Assembly: GCF_964213995.1 (NCBI RefSeq)
Contig: NW_027591003.1
Location: forward strand, 62,001 to 126,000
Length of the DNA: 64,000 nt
Reading direction: 5' to 3'
Source: Mustelus asterias
Lineage: Eukaryota
The translations under genes and the position numbers were made by a program. Every line of letters begins with the position of its first letter. The stretch's first letter is position 1. The notes beneath the pieces are model-generated. The model searched no databases and had not been told where the DNA came from. It saw only the letters and a program-made list of their open reading frames with translations. This document shows positions 12,530 to 25,915 of the stretch, in pieces.

Positions 12530-15500
12530 TTTAAACATACCATATCTCTGCCTATATTCAGCTAGCTTCTGCGTCTGTCTATATTACAGTAGGCTGCGCC
12601 TGGATCATATTCCAGGAGGTCATGTCTAAGCTTTGTCCTGCACTTGGCTCAATATCAGGTGTTCGTATATGAGACACAGGCCCTGTTTATATTATAATTT
12701 CTAAGTTATGGCTGTACTGAGCCATGCTTCTGCTGATCCGACAAGAGGCCGTGTCTCAATTCTTACTGCCTCAGAACATTTGCCACTGCATACTAAACTG
12801 GAGCAACTGCTTCATGCATGACACATGGTTCTGTCACAGTTATTTTGCTAATAGTTCATTAGATTTTGATAAACTAGATCCTGTTTGCGTTAATGCTGCA
12901 CCAGTCCATGTATTTATTTATTTCAGACTATATCACGTCTGAGCTATAATTGCATTTTGCAATACCTCCTAATTGCTGCATTGTCCGTATCTCTGTGTGT
13001 ATCAGTCTAGGCCCTGTACCAGTAATTATTACAAATAAACTGGGCTCTGTCTCAGTTTACATCAGTCTAGGTGCTGTATCAGTAATCATTACTAATACAC
13101 TGGACTCTGTCTCAGTTTACATCTGTCACTGTCCTGTATCTATTAGTAATTATTACTAATGCACTTGACTCTGTCTCACTCTAAAGACATTTAGGTCCTG
13201 TAAGATCTTAAAGTAAGGGAACACTTAGGAAGCAGTGATCATAATATGGTAGAATTCAGTCTGCAATTTGAAAGAAGGAAGGCAGAATCAGATGTGAAGG
13301 TTCTACAGTTAAATAAAGGTAATTACAGGCGCATGAGGGAGGAACTGACAAAAATCGACTGGAAGCAGAGCCTAATGGGAAAGACAGTAGAACAGCAATG
13401 GCAGGAGTTTCTGGGAGTAATTGAGGACACAGTGCAGAGGTTCATCCCAAACAAAAGAAAGGTTATCAGAGGGGGGATTAGGCAGCCATGGCTGACAAAG
13501 GAAGTCAGGGAATGCATCAAGGCAAAAGTGAGAGCCTATAATGTGGCAAAGAGTAGTGGGAAGTCAGAAGATTGGGAAGGCTATAAAAACAAACAGAGGA
13601 TAACAAAGAGAGAAATAAGGAAGGAGAGGATCAAATATGAAGGTAGGCTAGCCAGTAACATTAGGAATGATAGTAAAAGTTTCTTTAAATACATTAAAAA
13701 CAAACGGGAGGCAAAAGTAGACATTGGGCCGCTCCAAAATGACGCTGGTAATCTAGTGATGGGAGACAAGGAAATAGCTGAGGAACTTAATACGTACTTT
13801 GCGTCAGTCTTCACAGTAGAAGACATGAGTAATATCCCAACAATTCAGGAAAGTCAGGGGGCAGAGTTGAATATGGTTGCCATCACAAAGGAGAAAGTGC
13901 TAGAGAAACTAAAAGGTCTGAAAATTGATAAATCTCCGGGCCCAGATGGGCTACATCCTAGAGTTCTAAAGGAGATAGCTGAAGAAATAGTGGAGGCGTT
14001 AGTTATGATCTTTCAAAAGTCACTGGAGTCAGGGAAAGTCCCAGAGGATTGGAAAATCGCTGTTGTAACCCCACTGTTCAAGAAGGGAACAAGAAAAAAG
14101 ATGGAAAATTATAGGCCAATTAGCCTAACCTCAGTTGTTGGCAAAATTCTAGAATCCATCGTTAAGGATGAGATTTCTAAATTCTTGGAAGTGCAGGGTC
14201 GGATTAAGACAAGTCAGCATGGATTTAGTAAGGGGAGGTCGTGCCTGACAAACCTGTTAGAGTTCTTTGAAGAGATAACAAATAGGTTAGACCAAGGAGA
14301 GCCAATGGATGTTATCTATCTTGACTTCCAAAAGGCCTTTGACAAGGTGCCTCACGGGAGACTGCTGAGTAAAATAAGGGCCCATGGTATTCGAGGCAAG
14401 GTACTAACATGGATTGACGATTGGCTGTCAGACAGAAGGCAGAGAGTTGGGATAAAAGGTTCTTTCTCAGAATGGCAACCGGTGACAAGTGGTGTCCCGC
14501 AGGGTTCAGTGTTGGGGCCACAGCTGTTCTCTTTATATATTAACGATCTAGATGACGGGACTGGGAGCATTCTGGCCAGGTTTGCCGATGATACAAAGAT
14601 AGGTGGAGGGGCAGGTAGTATTGAGGAGGTGGGGAGGCTGCAGAAAGATTTAGACAGTTTAGGAGAGTGGTCCAAGAAGTGGCTGATGAAATTCAACGTG
14701 GGTAAGTGCGAGGTCGTACACTTTGGAAAAAAGAATAGAGGCATGGACTATTTTCTAAACGGTGACAAAATTCATAATGCTAAAGTGCAAAGGGACTTGG
14801 GAGTCCTAGTCCAGGATTCTCTAAAGGTAAACTTGCAGGTTGAGTCCGTAATTAAGAAAGCAAATGTAATGTTGTCATTTATCTCAAGAGGCTTGGAATA
14901 CAAAAGCAGGGATGTACTTCTGAGGCTTTATAAAGCACTGGTTAGGCCCCATTTGGAGTACTGTGAGCAATTTTGGGCCCCACACCTCAGGAAGGACATA
15001 CTGGCACTGGAGCGGGTCCAGCGGAGATTCACACGGATGATCCCAGGAATGGTAGGCCTGACATACGATGAACGTCTGAGGATCGTGGGATTATATTCAT
15101 TGGAGTTTAGGAGGTTGAGGGGAGATCTGATAGAAACTTACAAGATAATGAACGGCTTAGATAGGATGGACGTAGGGAAGTTGTTTCCATTAACAGGGGA
15201 GACTAGGACGCGGGGGCACAGCCTTAGAATAAAAGGGAGTCACTTTAGAACAGAGATGAGGAGAAATTTCTTCAGCCAGAGAGTGGTGGGTCTGTGGAAT
15301 TCATTGCCACAGAGGGCTGTGGAGGCCGAGACGTTGAGCGTCTTCAAGACAGAAATTGATAAATTCTTGATTTCTCGAGGAATTAAGGGCTATGGGGAGA
15401 GAGCGGGTAAATGGAGTTGAAATCAACCATGATTGAATGGTGGAGTGGACTCGATGGGCCGAATGGCCTTACTTCCGCTCCTATGTCTTATGGTCTTATG

Positions 15501-16500
15501 GTCTTATGGTATCATTAATTACCGGGCTCTGTCTCAGTTTATATGCATAAGCTCCTATGTCCAGTAAAACTGCACTAGACACTGTCTCAGTTTTATTTTC
15601 CTCGACATTGTCATATATATTTGTAATGTTTGTTTCATGGGATGTGGGTGTCACTGAAAAGATCAGCATTTGGCCTTTGACCATCCCCACATGGCACTCG
15701 GAAAGAAACCCATTTCTATTTTGCTGGATCAGGGTTTATGTTAAATTAGAGTCTGTCTCTGTTAATACACTGCTAGACTAGAAATCAGTTTATATTGCAC
15801 TAGCCATACTCTCTGGTTCAGTAATATTTGATCCTGACCCTGTACATATTTCACTAGACTGTATTAGTGTTATGCCTGTGCTTAACTTTGCCTCTATTTG
15901 AATGATGTCTGCATTTCTCCGCGGTTCTACGAGAAGAAGAGATATTATGTTGGATGAAAAACAGTGGTCTCTGGCAGGATTCTGAAACAGGCAGTATTGG
16001 ATCGACAGTATTTGGTCGGTGCGGGGTTCCAGTGCCGAAGGGCCTGTTCCTCTGCAGTAACTTTTCTTGTTCTTTGATCTGTGTTGACAGTGCATGCTAT
16101 ACAGGTCTTAGTAACCATTCTCAATGCAGTCAGCAGAAGTAGATTTCAGATAACACTGCTTCTTTTCCTTGTTTAAGAGGATGCAGAGAATTGTGTCCCC
16201 CTAAAACTTTCCTCATTACTGGCATTGTCCAGTGCAGTAAAAACTGAGACCATGTCCAATGCAATATAAACGTGGATAGGGTCAAGTGCAGAAATAAGAC
16301 TCCATCTAGTTTAATACAAACAGACAGGTCTAAATTAATACAAACCGATACAGCGTCTAGTTTGATATAAACTGAAACATGTTGATGCATGATATAAACA
16401 AGGACAAGGTCTAATTTAGTATAGTCAGAGAAAGCATCTCGTTTAATATGTGTAGAGATAGGGTCTCGTGCAACATAAACCGAGGCATGACCTTATATAA
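12530..16500. repeat. Degenerate ~29-30-bp minisatellite arrays in inverted orientation (12530-13200 plus 15510-15920 forward; 16240-16500 reverse; paralogs at 80-290 and 610-900)
   Basis: Units like ctgtctcagtttatattgcactagac versus gtctagtttaatataaacagagacag. Confidence 0.65.
13203..15510 (+). mobile_element. Young 5'-truncated CR1 LINE (open ORF2 remainder 13246-15420)
   Basis: Begins at the end of the APE domain (GSSDHN) and keeps a 724-aa open frame with all RT motifs. It has a (CTTATGGT)n tail and is inserted in a degenerate minisatellite. Confidence 0.95.
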
Positions 16501-16806
16501 TAGAAGCTGACACAGGGTAAATTTACTGTCTAATAAAGAAGCTGGTTCAATCTCCATGAAATTTGGAGAGACGGCCTACTGCCCCATCAAAAATTCACAG
16601 GACAAGAGTAACATGGGGTTAGCTGTAAAGTTCCCCCATGCATTGCCAAATTTAACACTCCCAACTCAGGAATAGCATGATTTTGATACAAAGTGAACCT
16701 CCCTCTCACTATCAAAATCAAACATTCCTGGAAAAGGGAGACTGTCCAGAAAAAGAGTGGAACTCCCTCTACAAAGTCTGCTCAAACACAATGAAGGCAT
16801 ACAGAC

Positions 16807-17170
16807 CATAGAATCATAGAAACCCTACAGTGCCGAAGGAGGCCATTCGGCCCATCGAGTCTGCACCGACCACAATCCCACCCAGGCCCTACCCGCTAAT
16901 CCCTTTTTTTTAACCTGCTAATTTACCCGCTAATCCCTCGAACCGACGCATCCCAGGACTCGAAGGGGCAATTTTTTTTTTAACCTGGCCAATCAACCTA
17001 ACCCGCACATCTTTGGACTGTGGGAGGAAACCAGAGCACCTGGAGGAAACCCACGCAGACACGAGGAGAATGTGCAAACTCCACACAGACAGTGACCCGG
17101 GCCGGGAATCGAACCCAGGACCCTGGAGCTGTGAAGCAGCAGTGTTAACCACTGTGCTACCGTGCCGCCC
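16807..17170 (-). mobile_element. HE1-type tRNA-derived V-SINE (young)
   Basis: tRNA-like head GGGCGGCACGGTAGCACAGTGGTTAACACTGCTGC...GGTTCGATTCCC, V-domain TGTGTGGAGTTTGCACATTCTCC, and a CR1-like 3' tail gactcgatgggccgaatggcct...(TTCTATGA)n. It is absent from the paralogous site near 1220. Confidence 0.9.
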
Positions 17171-19649
17171 AGGGACTCTCTTCTAGGTAAAACCACTTCT
17201 GCATTTTTCCTTCAGAGAATCGGGAGGCAAGTTTGAATTGGTGTTCGGTAGAGGGGGAAGATCCCTCGACACAGTCCATAAAATACACCCAGGTCAGGTA
17301 CAGCAAAGATTAGATACGGATTAAATCTCCCTTTACAAGTAATATCAAACATTCAAAGGGCAGTTACGTGAGTTTAGATGCAGACTAAATATTCCTCTAC
17401 AATGTCCAGTCAAACAGTCCAAGGGCAGGGATAAATACAGGGAAAATTTATTTGGTACTGCCACATCGAATCCTTGTTACGAGGTACAACACAGGTTAGA
17501 TACAGAGGAAAATGTATAAAATATCCCAAGATCATAGAATGCTCAAGAGATCTTTTAGATTAAATCTCCCTCATGGATTCCAATTCATTGCGCTGCATTC
17601 CTTACAACTCTGGCTGAGAGAATACATTGGGCAACATTGAATTCAGGTTGTGGAGGGAAGACGATGAACTATCGTGAAGAGACAAGACACAGAACCAGAA
17701 GGAGAAAGACAGAGAGAGAGAGAGATGAAACACAGGGAATTTCCACGAACACATTTGCCGTGTTATCACATTTCGGGTTCAGATGGATTATTTCCTAATT
17801 CTGAACATAGATATTGTCATGATTTTTTTCCTCATATAATCGATGAATAACTAAAGTATAAAAACAATCATTTCTGGAATCCGTTGATCGATTTGCATGT
17901 TTGTCTCTATTTCTGTGCTGTGTTGGTGGGGAAATATTTGTTGTGTTTTCGTCAGTCAACAATCTAATCTGGGATTTCTATTTCTGTGTTTATTTACATA
18001 AACACCTCACTGTTTACAATGAAATGTTCATGGCAGCAAAAACAGATAAACCGTCACTTATTCATTCGTTTCAACTCAAAATAGCGGTTATTTTAAGAAT
18101 ATTAACAGTTGGTTCAAAATGAATAGAAATCTTTTTTAACATACATTACACCAGATGCTATTTAATTAAATGAATGAATACATTCTATTTAAGAATTTGT
18201 TCTGAAAGTTCTGATGTCACAATAAATAAAGTATCTGTGAGCAGGCTGGTATTCCACTGAATGTTAATTTGATTGATGATCTAAATTGCTTCAACTAGAC
18301 AAGTTAAAACAAAGAGAACTGGTGTGTGAAATATTCCTGTCATAATTAGTGATCAGACTCGCACGAGGGGAGAATAAAAAATCCAGTGTGGTTATCACTA
18401 AGTGATACAAGTAGCATTGCTGCCTCACAGTGACAGGGAAGCGGGTTCGATTCCAACCTTGGGTGACTGTGTGGTTTTTCACATTCGACCATGTCCATGT
18501 GAGTTTCCTCCGATGCTCCGGTTTCCTTCCACAGTCCAAGGATGTACGGCTAGGTGGATTGGTATGATAAATTGCTCCTTTGAGTCCAAGGATGAGCAAC
18601 GTAGAATCACAGAGTCCCTACAGTGCAGAAGGAGACCATTCGGTCCATCAAGTCTGCACTAGCTGTCCAGCAGGGCATCATTCCCAGGCCCAAGGTGGAT
18701 TGGCGATTCTAAATTGCCCCTTAGTGTCCAACGATGTGTAGGTTAGAGACATTAGCCGCTGAATATGTCTGGTTGTCGGGGTAGGGTGAAGATAGGATGC
18801 TCTGCTGGAGAGCAGCTGCAGACTTGAGGGATCGAATGGCCTCCTACTGCACTGGATTCTATGATTTTATGCTGCTATGATCAGACAGAGGAATGAATAT
18901 ATTCGCATTAATCTCTAGCACTTCCAAAGTATTACAACTTTCATTTTGGTAGAGCTTACATTTATACAACACTTTACCCGACTTCATGTAGTCCCAAAGA
19001 TCTTAAAACTTACTGATGTACCTTTGCTGAATTTAGTCACTGCTATCATGGTGCAAATACAACAGGTAATGTACTGCAGCAAACTCCCACAAACCGAGAT
19101 GTGATAAATTGCCAGTAAATTTGTGATTTTGTTTGAAGAATCAGTATTAAGGTAGGATATTGGGGAGATCAGCCTTGCTCTTTAGAATTATATCAATGAG
19201 ATTTTGCATCCCGGCATCGATTTTAAATGTGAATCTGGTTCTCTCTCTGCTGATGCATACTGATCTGCTGAGTAGCATTTGTGTTGCTTTAGTTTTAGAT
19301 TTCCAGAATCGGCAGCACTTTACACTGTTGTTATTGATCCTCTGGATGTGAGCATCACTGACAAAGCCAACATTTAGTTGTCCCTGCTGAGAAGGCGGTT
19401 GTGAACCACCTTGTTGAAACCTGCCCTCGGGATGATTTTATTATTTGTTTTTCCCTAGCAGCTTTGATACAACTGACTGGCCTGCCCGGCAATTTCAGTC
19501 GTGGTTAGGAGTCATTTTCATCATAGGAGAATTGGAGTCTATGTAGGACAGACAGGGTAAAGATAGAAATCTTCGGTTTTCAGTTATTTCCAAAGAGAAG
19601 ATGTCGTTTGAAGTATAAAAGCAAATTACTGCGGATTCTGCAATTGAAA

Positions 19650-19825
19650 CCAAAAGAGAAAATGCTGGAAATCTCAGCAGGCCTGGCAATATCTGTGAGG
19701 AGAGAAAATAGCTGACATTTCGAATGTTTTGACAAAGGGTAATCTGGAATCGAAAAGTCAGTTCTTCCCTCTCCTTACAGGTGCTGTCAGACTTGCTGAG
19801 ATTTTCCAGCATTTTCTCTTTCCGT
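19650..19825. repeat. Imperfect ~175-bp palindromic repeat (MITE or Penelope-terminus-like); half copies at ~10035-10127, 32960-33030, 34440-34530 and 36640-36745
   Basis: aaaagagaaaatgctggaaatctcagcaggcctggca ... tgtcagacttgctgagattttccagcattttctcttt form inverted arms. Confidence 0.75.
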
Positions 19826-22800
19826 TGTTTGAAGTGCATTTGGGCGGAGTAAATTGATTCTGAATCCCTGGGGGGGAGGAATTGTAGGTTGACCCGAGAC
19901 TATCGTACTGAAGAAGACACTGTAAACACTGTTCAGGGACCTGTCGGACCCGGAACATCCAGATACTGCTAATATTGGACGCGTTGGCTTTGCAGTCAGT
20001 CTCAAAGAGTTTCAGGGACGCCCAGTTTCTGCCTCTCGCTGACTCAGCACAACCTCCGATTCCACACTTGTAAAAATATCTAAAAGCCGATGAAAATAAA
20101 ACGCCACGCACTCCAGACATACTCTGTCACCTTTTTCCATCGGGATCAAGATACAAAAGTCTGAGGGCACGTATAAACCGACTCAAAAACAATGTATTTC
20201 CTGCTGCAATAAGGCGTTTGAATGGACCTACGTCGCATTAAGTTCAGCTTTCTCTACACCCCAGCTATGAGTGCAAAATTACATTATTCACTCTCTCCCT
20301 TCCTTCCCTATATACGTTATGCTCTGACTGCATAGTGCGCAAGAAACAATAATTTGCACTGTGTAGTAATATATGCGATAATAATAAGTCAAATGAAATC
20401 AAATAAAATGTATCAAAAACACCAAGGATTATTCCTGGTGAATTGATTGCGGACAATGGAACATTCCAGAGACAGACTAACACCGAGGGATTGACAGTGA
20501 GATCCATTGTCATGTCTCTGCTAGTCCAAGAGTGAAATTGCATTTGAGCATCTGTTCCAGAAAAGAAACAATTTCAGTGTAAATTAAGTGCCTTTATTTC
20601 TGCACCTCTTCACAAGGGAATGGACATAAACAGATGACATTACATTATCAGGGTAAAGCCGTCAGTCTGATTTGTAATAATTCTGTGTCTCTGACACATT
20701 ACAGCGAAATATGATTCATTAGAAGAATTAATATCGATTTATGTAACTTAATGCTGGGATGATTGTGTTTCAGGTGTGGATAGCTATCACTGTAATTTGG
20801 GACTGGATATAAGAAGAAGGGAAGCAGTGACCCAGCGTTATTATCGCGAGACAATTAATCCACAAACTCAACTAATGTTCTCAGGACCAGGCTTCGAATC
20901 ACGCCACGGCAGATGGTGGAATTTAAGTTCAGTAAAAACGTCTGGAATTAAGAATCTACTTATGACCATGATATCATTGTCGATTGTGTAAAAACCTATC
21001 TGGTTCATTAATGTCATTTAGAGCAGGAAATATGCCGTCCTTACCTCATCTAGCCTACATGTGATTACAGAGCCACAGCAATGTGTTTAGCTCTCAACTG
21101 CCCTCGACAATGGGTGGGCAATAAATGCTGATCAGCCAGCGGCACCCATGTCCATAGAATCCCTGCAGTGCAGAAGGAGCATATCGGGCCTGCACTGACA
21201 ACGCTCTTCCCCAGGCCCTATTCCCATCCCTGCGAATTCACTTGATTCTATGGGACAATTCAGCATCGCCAAACAACCTAAATGGCATATCCTTGGAGAA
21301 TGTGCAGACTACACACAGACAGAGACCCATTCCGGGAATTGAACCATCAGTCCTTGATGCTGTAAAGTAGCAATGGTAACCACTGTGCTACCGTGCCGCC
21401 CACTAATAAATTAACAAAATAAACTCCTTATCTGAAACAATGTTACACCTTATATTTCCCCAACAGTTCCTTAACCCTGTGAAAATTAACGGTGAAAGAA
21501 AACTTCTTGACTTATAATTAAGCATTGAGTTGACAGAGAAACATAAAATTGACATTGACTTTTGACAAAGAAGCTAATGAATTAGAACGGAACACGGCAA
21601 TCAGGAAAGTTCTCCTTCAGCATCCAAATCATGACAGATCATTGTATTGGCGAGCAGCTGGTATTGGGAACACAGGATATCAGGACTTTGCGGCATAATG
21701 CACAATATCACAAGAATAAATACTTTATCTTTCACTGAACCAGGTTATGAACTGGTCATTTCTTCACTCATTGGCAGTTATGAGAGGGACTGTTAAATAA
21801 TTGAAATCAGATTATGCTGGACAACAGAACACGTTATACATCAGATATAAGTTTTTAATGAGGTGCAGAACATTGAGAATATGCCCAAGTCCCCGCTGTT
21901 CAAGGCAGATATATGATTTTCTTTTAGTTTTAATTATTTTCATTTTTGTGCCTTTACACTGATCTCATGAGACGGAGGGATTGGGGACATCAGCATACGT
22001 TGTTCATAAAGAGGCTTTAATTGTTGGAAGGACATTTCTTTGGAAGCTATACAAATGAAATAGCATCAAGTCAATTGACTAGTTTCCGATACTTTTTAAT
22101 CACATAATGGACAGTGCATTCATATAAAATATTTGCTTCGAAGAAAAAACATTTAAAATGTGCCTTCCTTTTGGGAATAAAACATTTATTGTATAACTGA
22201 CGAAGTCCCATGTTATCCTTACAGATTCACGTTAATCTGTCCGACGCAGCATTTGGCAACTGTCCAGGCTGCTGCCAAATACCCAAAAATATTTACAGGA
22301 AGCATCTGAGGGTGTTTGTTCGGTAAATCAAAAACCTGTTTCCTCAGTACTGAACACTTGGCTGCAAGCCAACTTCAAACTCTCAGCATTGTCAATGAGG
22401 CCTATTTATAAACAAATCTACCCAGCAACAGTACTGGAGGCAATTTAATTATTTTTAAGTTGCAAACATCTATGAATGTTTCCCATTTCTTCGGAAAAGA
22501 AAGTATTCAGCTTCTCTGGCACCTTGTTAGCAACAATAATGATCTCTCCAAAACAACAAAACATTGATGGATGGATATAAAAAAAATACCGGCAGATTAT
22601 GAGAGTTGATTCAGAGAGGTGATATATTTTATACTAGATAAACATGTATGCTTGTGTTTTCTTTCACTTCATTCTTCCATGGGACATGAGAATCTCTGGA
22701 AATGCCAACATTTATTCCCGTAGCCTAATTTCTTTTGAACTAAGTGGTAAGCTAGGGCATCTCAGAAGGCATTGCCCAGTTAGTTATATTGCTGTCCGTC

Positions 22801-23218
22801 TGCAGTCACATCCTGATGAGACCAGGTAGGGATGGCAGATTTCCTTCATTGGGGAATCAGAGAGGTTTATCTGGTCGCTGTCAGTATGTATTCCAGATTT
22901 ATTGATTGAATTCAAATTCCACCAGCTGCCAGGGTCGGATTTAATCTCGTGTCTCCACATCATTGGCCTGGGCTTCTGGATTACTGGTACACTGGCATTA
23001 ATGTTACGCCACCATCTACCCAACAATAAAGGAATGCTTGCGTTGATGCAGGGATGAACGATAGTTGGATGCCTGAATGTTTTGCTTGAGAAATCAGTGA
23101 GTGGACAGATGGATGCGACGATAGCTGGTCCTAAATTTTGCTGTTCTACAAACGCATATTTGTGATTTACTACTTCAAAAATCGAAGCAGGTCCTTTATT
23201 CCAAGTGTGTCAGTATAT

Positions 23219-25210
23219 AAGACCATAAGACCATAAGACATAAGAAATAGGAGCAGAATGAGGCTACTCGGTCCATCGAGTCTGCTCCCGCCATTCAATG
23301 ATGGCTGATATTTTTCTCACCCATATTCTCTTGCCTTTTCCCCATAACCACTGATCCTCTTGTTAATCACAAACCCATCTATCTCTGTCTTAAAAACACC
23401 CAATGACCTGGCCTCCAACCTCCTACGGCAAGAGATCCACAGATCCACCACACTCTGGCTGAAGAAATTCCTCCTCAGCTCTGTTTTAAACGATCGTCCC
23501 TTTAGTCTGAGGTTGTGCCCTCTGGTTCCAGTTTTTCCTACGAGTTGAAACATCCTCTCCACGCCCACTCTATCCAGGCCTCGCAGTATCCTGAAAGATT
23601 CAATAAGATCTCCCCTCATCTTTCAAAACTCCAACGAGTACAGATCCAGAGGACTCAACCGTTCCTCATACAGCAAGTCTTCATTCCAGGAATCATTCTT
23701 GTGAACAACCACTGGACCCTTTCCATGGCCAGCACATCCTTCCTTAGATATGGGGCCCAAAACTGCTCACAATACTCCAATTGGGTCTGACCAGAGCCTT
23801 GTACAGCCTCAGAAGTACATCCCTGCTCTTGCATTCTGGCCCTCTCGACATGAATGCTAACATTGCATTTGCCTTCCTGAACCTGCACTTTAACCTTATG
23901 AGAATCTTGAACAATGACTCCCAAGTCCCTTCGTATTTTTGATTTCCTCAGCATTTTCCCATTTAGAAAATAGTCTATGCCTCCATTCCTCCTTCCAAGA
24001 GCATAACCTCACACTTTTCCAAATTGTATTCCAGCTGCCACATCTTTGCCGACTCTGCTAACCTGTCCAAGCCCTTCTGCAGCCCCCCTGCTTCCTCAAT
24101 ACCACCTGTCCCTCCACATATCTTTGTATCATCTGCAACCTTAGCAACAGTGCCTTCAGTTTCTTCCTCCAAATCGTTAATGCATGCTGTGAAAAGTTGT
24201 GGCCCAGGCACTGACCCCTGAGGCACACCACTAGTCACCAGCTGCCATCCTGAGAAAGACCCCTTTATTCCCACTCTCTGCCTTCTGCTAATCAACCAAT
24301 CCTCTATCCATGACAGGATCTTACCCTTAACACCATGTGCACTTAACTTATTTAACAGTCTCTTTTTCGGCACCTTGTCAAAGGCCTTCTGGAAATCTAA
24401 ATAAATCATGTCCACTGGCTCTCATTTATCTAACTTCCTTGCTACCTCCTCAAATAACTCTAACAGATGTGTCAGATATTACCTCCCCTTCAGAAAACTG
24501 TGCTGACTCAGTCCTACTTTATCATGCACTTCCATGTACTCTGCGGTCTCATCTTTAATAATGGAATTTAAAGTCTTGCCAATGACCGAAGTCAGGCTAA
24601 CCGGCCTACAATTTCTCGTCTGCTGCCTCCCTCCCATCTTAAACAGTGGTGTTGCATTCACTACTTTCCAGTCCTCTGGTACAGTCCCTGCCTCCAGTGA
24701 TTTCTGAAAGACCACCACCAATGCTTCCACAATTTTCTCAGTTATCTCTTTTAGAACCCTGCGGTGTAGTCCTTCCGGTCCAGGTGATTTATCCACCTTC
24801 AGACCTTTCAATTTCCCCAGAACCTTCTCCTTAGTGATGGCCACTACAGTCACCTGTGCCCCTGGACTCTCCTGGAGCACTGGCATTCCACTGGTGTCTT
24901 CCACCGTGAAGACTGATATAAAGTAACTATTCAGTTCCTCTGCCATTGCTTTGTTTCCTATTATTACTTCTCCAGTCTAATTTTCCAGTGGTCCAATGTC
25001 AATTTTTGCGTCTTTCTTACCTTTTTTTATATTGAAAAGAACTCTCCATGTCTTATTTTATATTACTAGCTGGCTGACACTCATATTTCATCTTCTCCCC
25101 CCTTATTGCTTTTTTACTTGTCCTCTGCTCGCTTTTAAATGCGTCCCAATCCTCTGGCTTCCCACTAATCTTTGCCGCTTTGTATGCTTTAACTTTTGCT
25201 TTAATGCTGT
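23219..25210 (-). mobile_element. Decayed CR1 LINE (frameshifted RT)
   Basis: Successive ORF pieces 24479-24946, 23975-24415 (GVPQGS, ADD) and 23317-23619, with a (CTTATGGT)n tail. It is absent from the paralogous segment near 6270. Confidence 0.92.
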
Positions 25211-25339
25211 GCTTGACCTTTATGCTGTGCGACAACCTTTAGTCCTTCCAGATTTTCTCCGTGAATCCAATCCCCGAGATATCGGGAACAAATGAACTAA
25301 GAGCAGTCTGATTTTTTTTTCCATCTGCTGATGGTGACT

Positions 25340-25915
25340 AGAGTCATAGAGTCATAGAGGTTGAGAGCATGGACACAAGCATTTCGGCCCTACTTGTCCA
25401 TACCGCCCTTTTTATTAACCGTTAAGCTTGTCCCAATTTCCCGCATTTGGCCCATAACCCTCTGTACCCATCCTACCCATGTAACTGTCTAAACCCCTTT
25501 TAAATGACAAAATTATACCCGCCTCTACCACTACCTCTGGCAGCCTGTTCCAGACACTTGCCACACTCTGTGTGAAACAATATCCCCTCTGAACCATTTT
25601 GTATCTCTCCACTCTCATCTTAAACCTATGCCCTCTCGTTTTAGACTCCTCTACCATTGGGAAAATATATTGACTATCGAGCTGATCTATGCACCTCATT
25701 ATTTTATAGACATCTGTAAGATCCCCCCAAGCCTCCTACGCTCCGGAGAAAAAGTCCCAGTCTATCCAGTCTCTCCCTACAACTCAAACCATCAAGGCCT
25801 CGTAGCATTCTAGTAAAACTTTTCTGCATTCTTTCTAGTTTAATAATATCCGTTCTATAATAGGGTGACCAGAACTGTACACAGCATTCCAAGTGTAGTC
25901 TCACTGATGTCTTCA
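25340..25915 (-). mobile_element. CR1 3' fragment, (CTCTATGA)n tail family
   Basis: ORFs 25704-25931 and 25415-25699 encode the CR1 C-terminus, and the tail reads agagtcatagagtcataga on the plus strand. Confidence 0.88.

Noticed and set aside
13246-15420. 724-aa ORF as a domesticated host RT gene
   Set aside because: It is a 5'-truncated CR1 with a microsatellite tail and a near-identical second copy in the window. The frame is open simply because the insertion is young.
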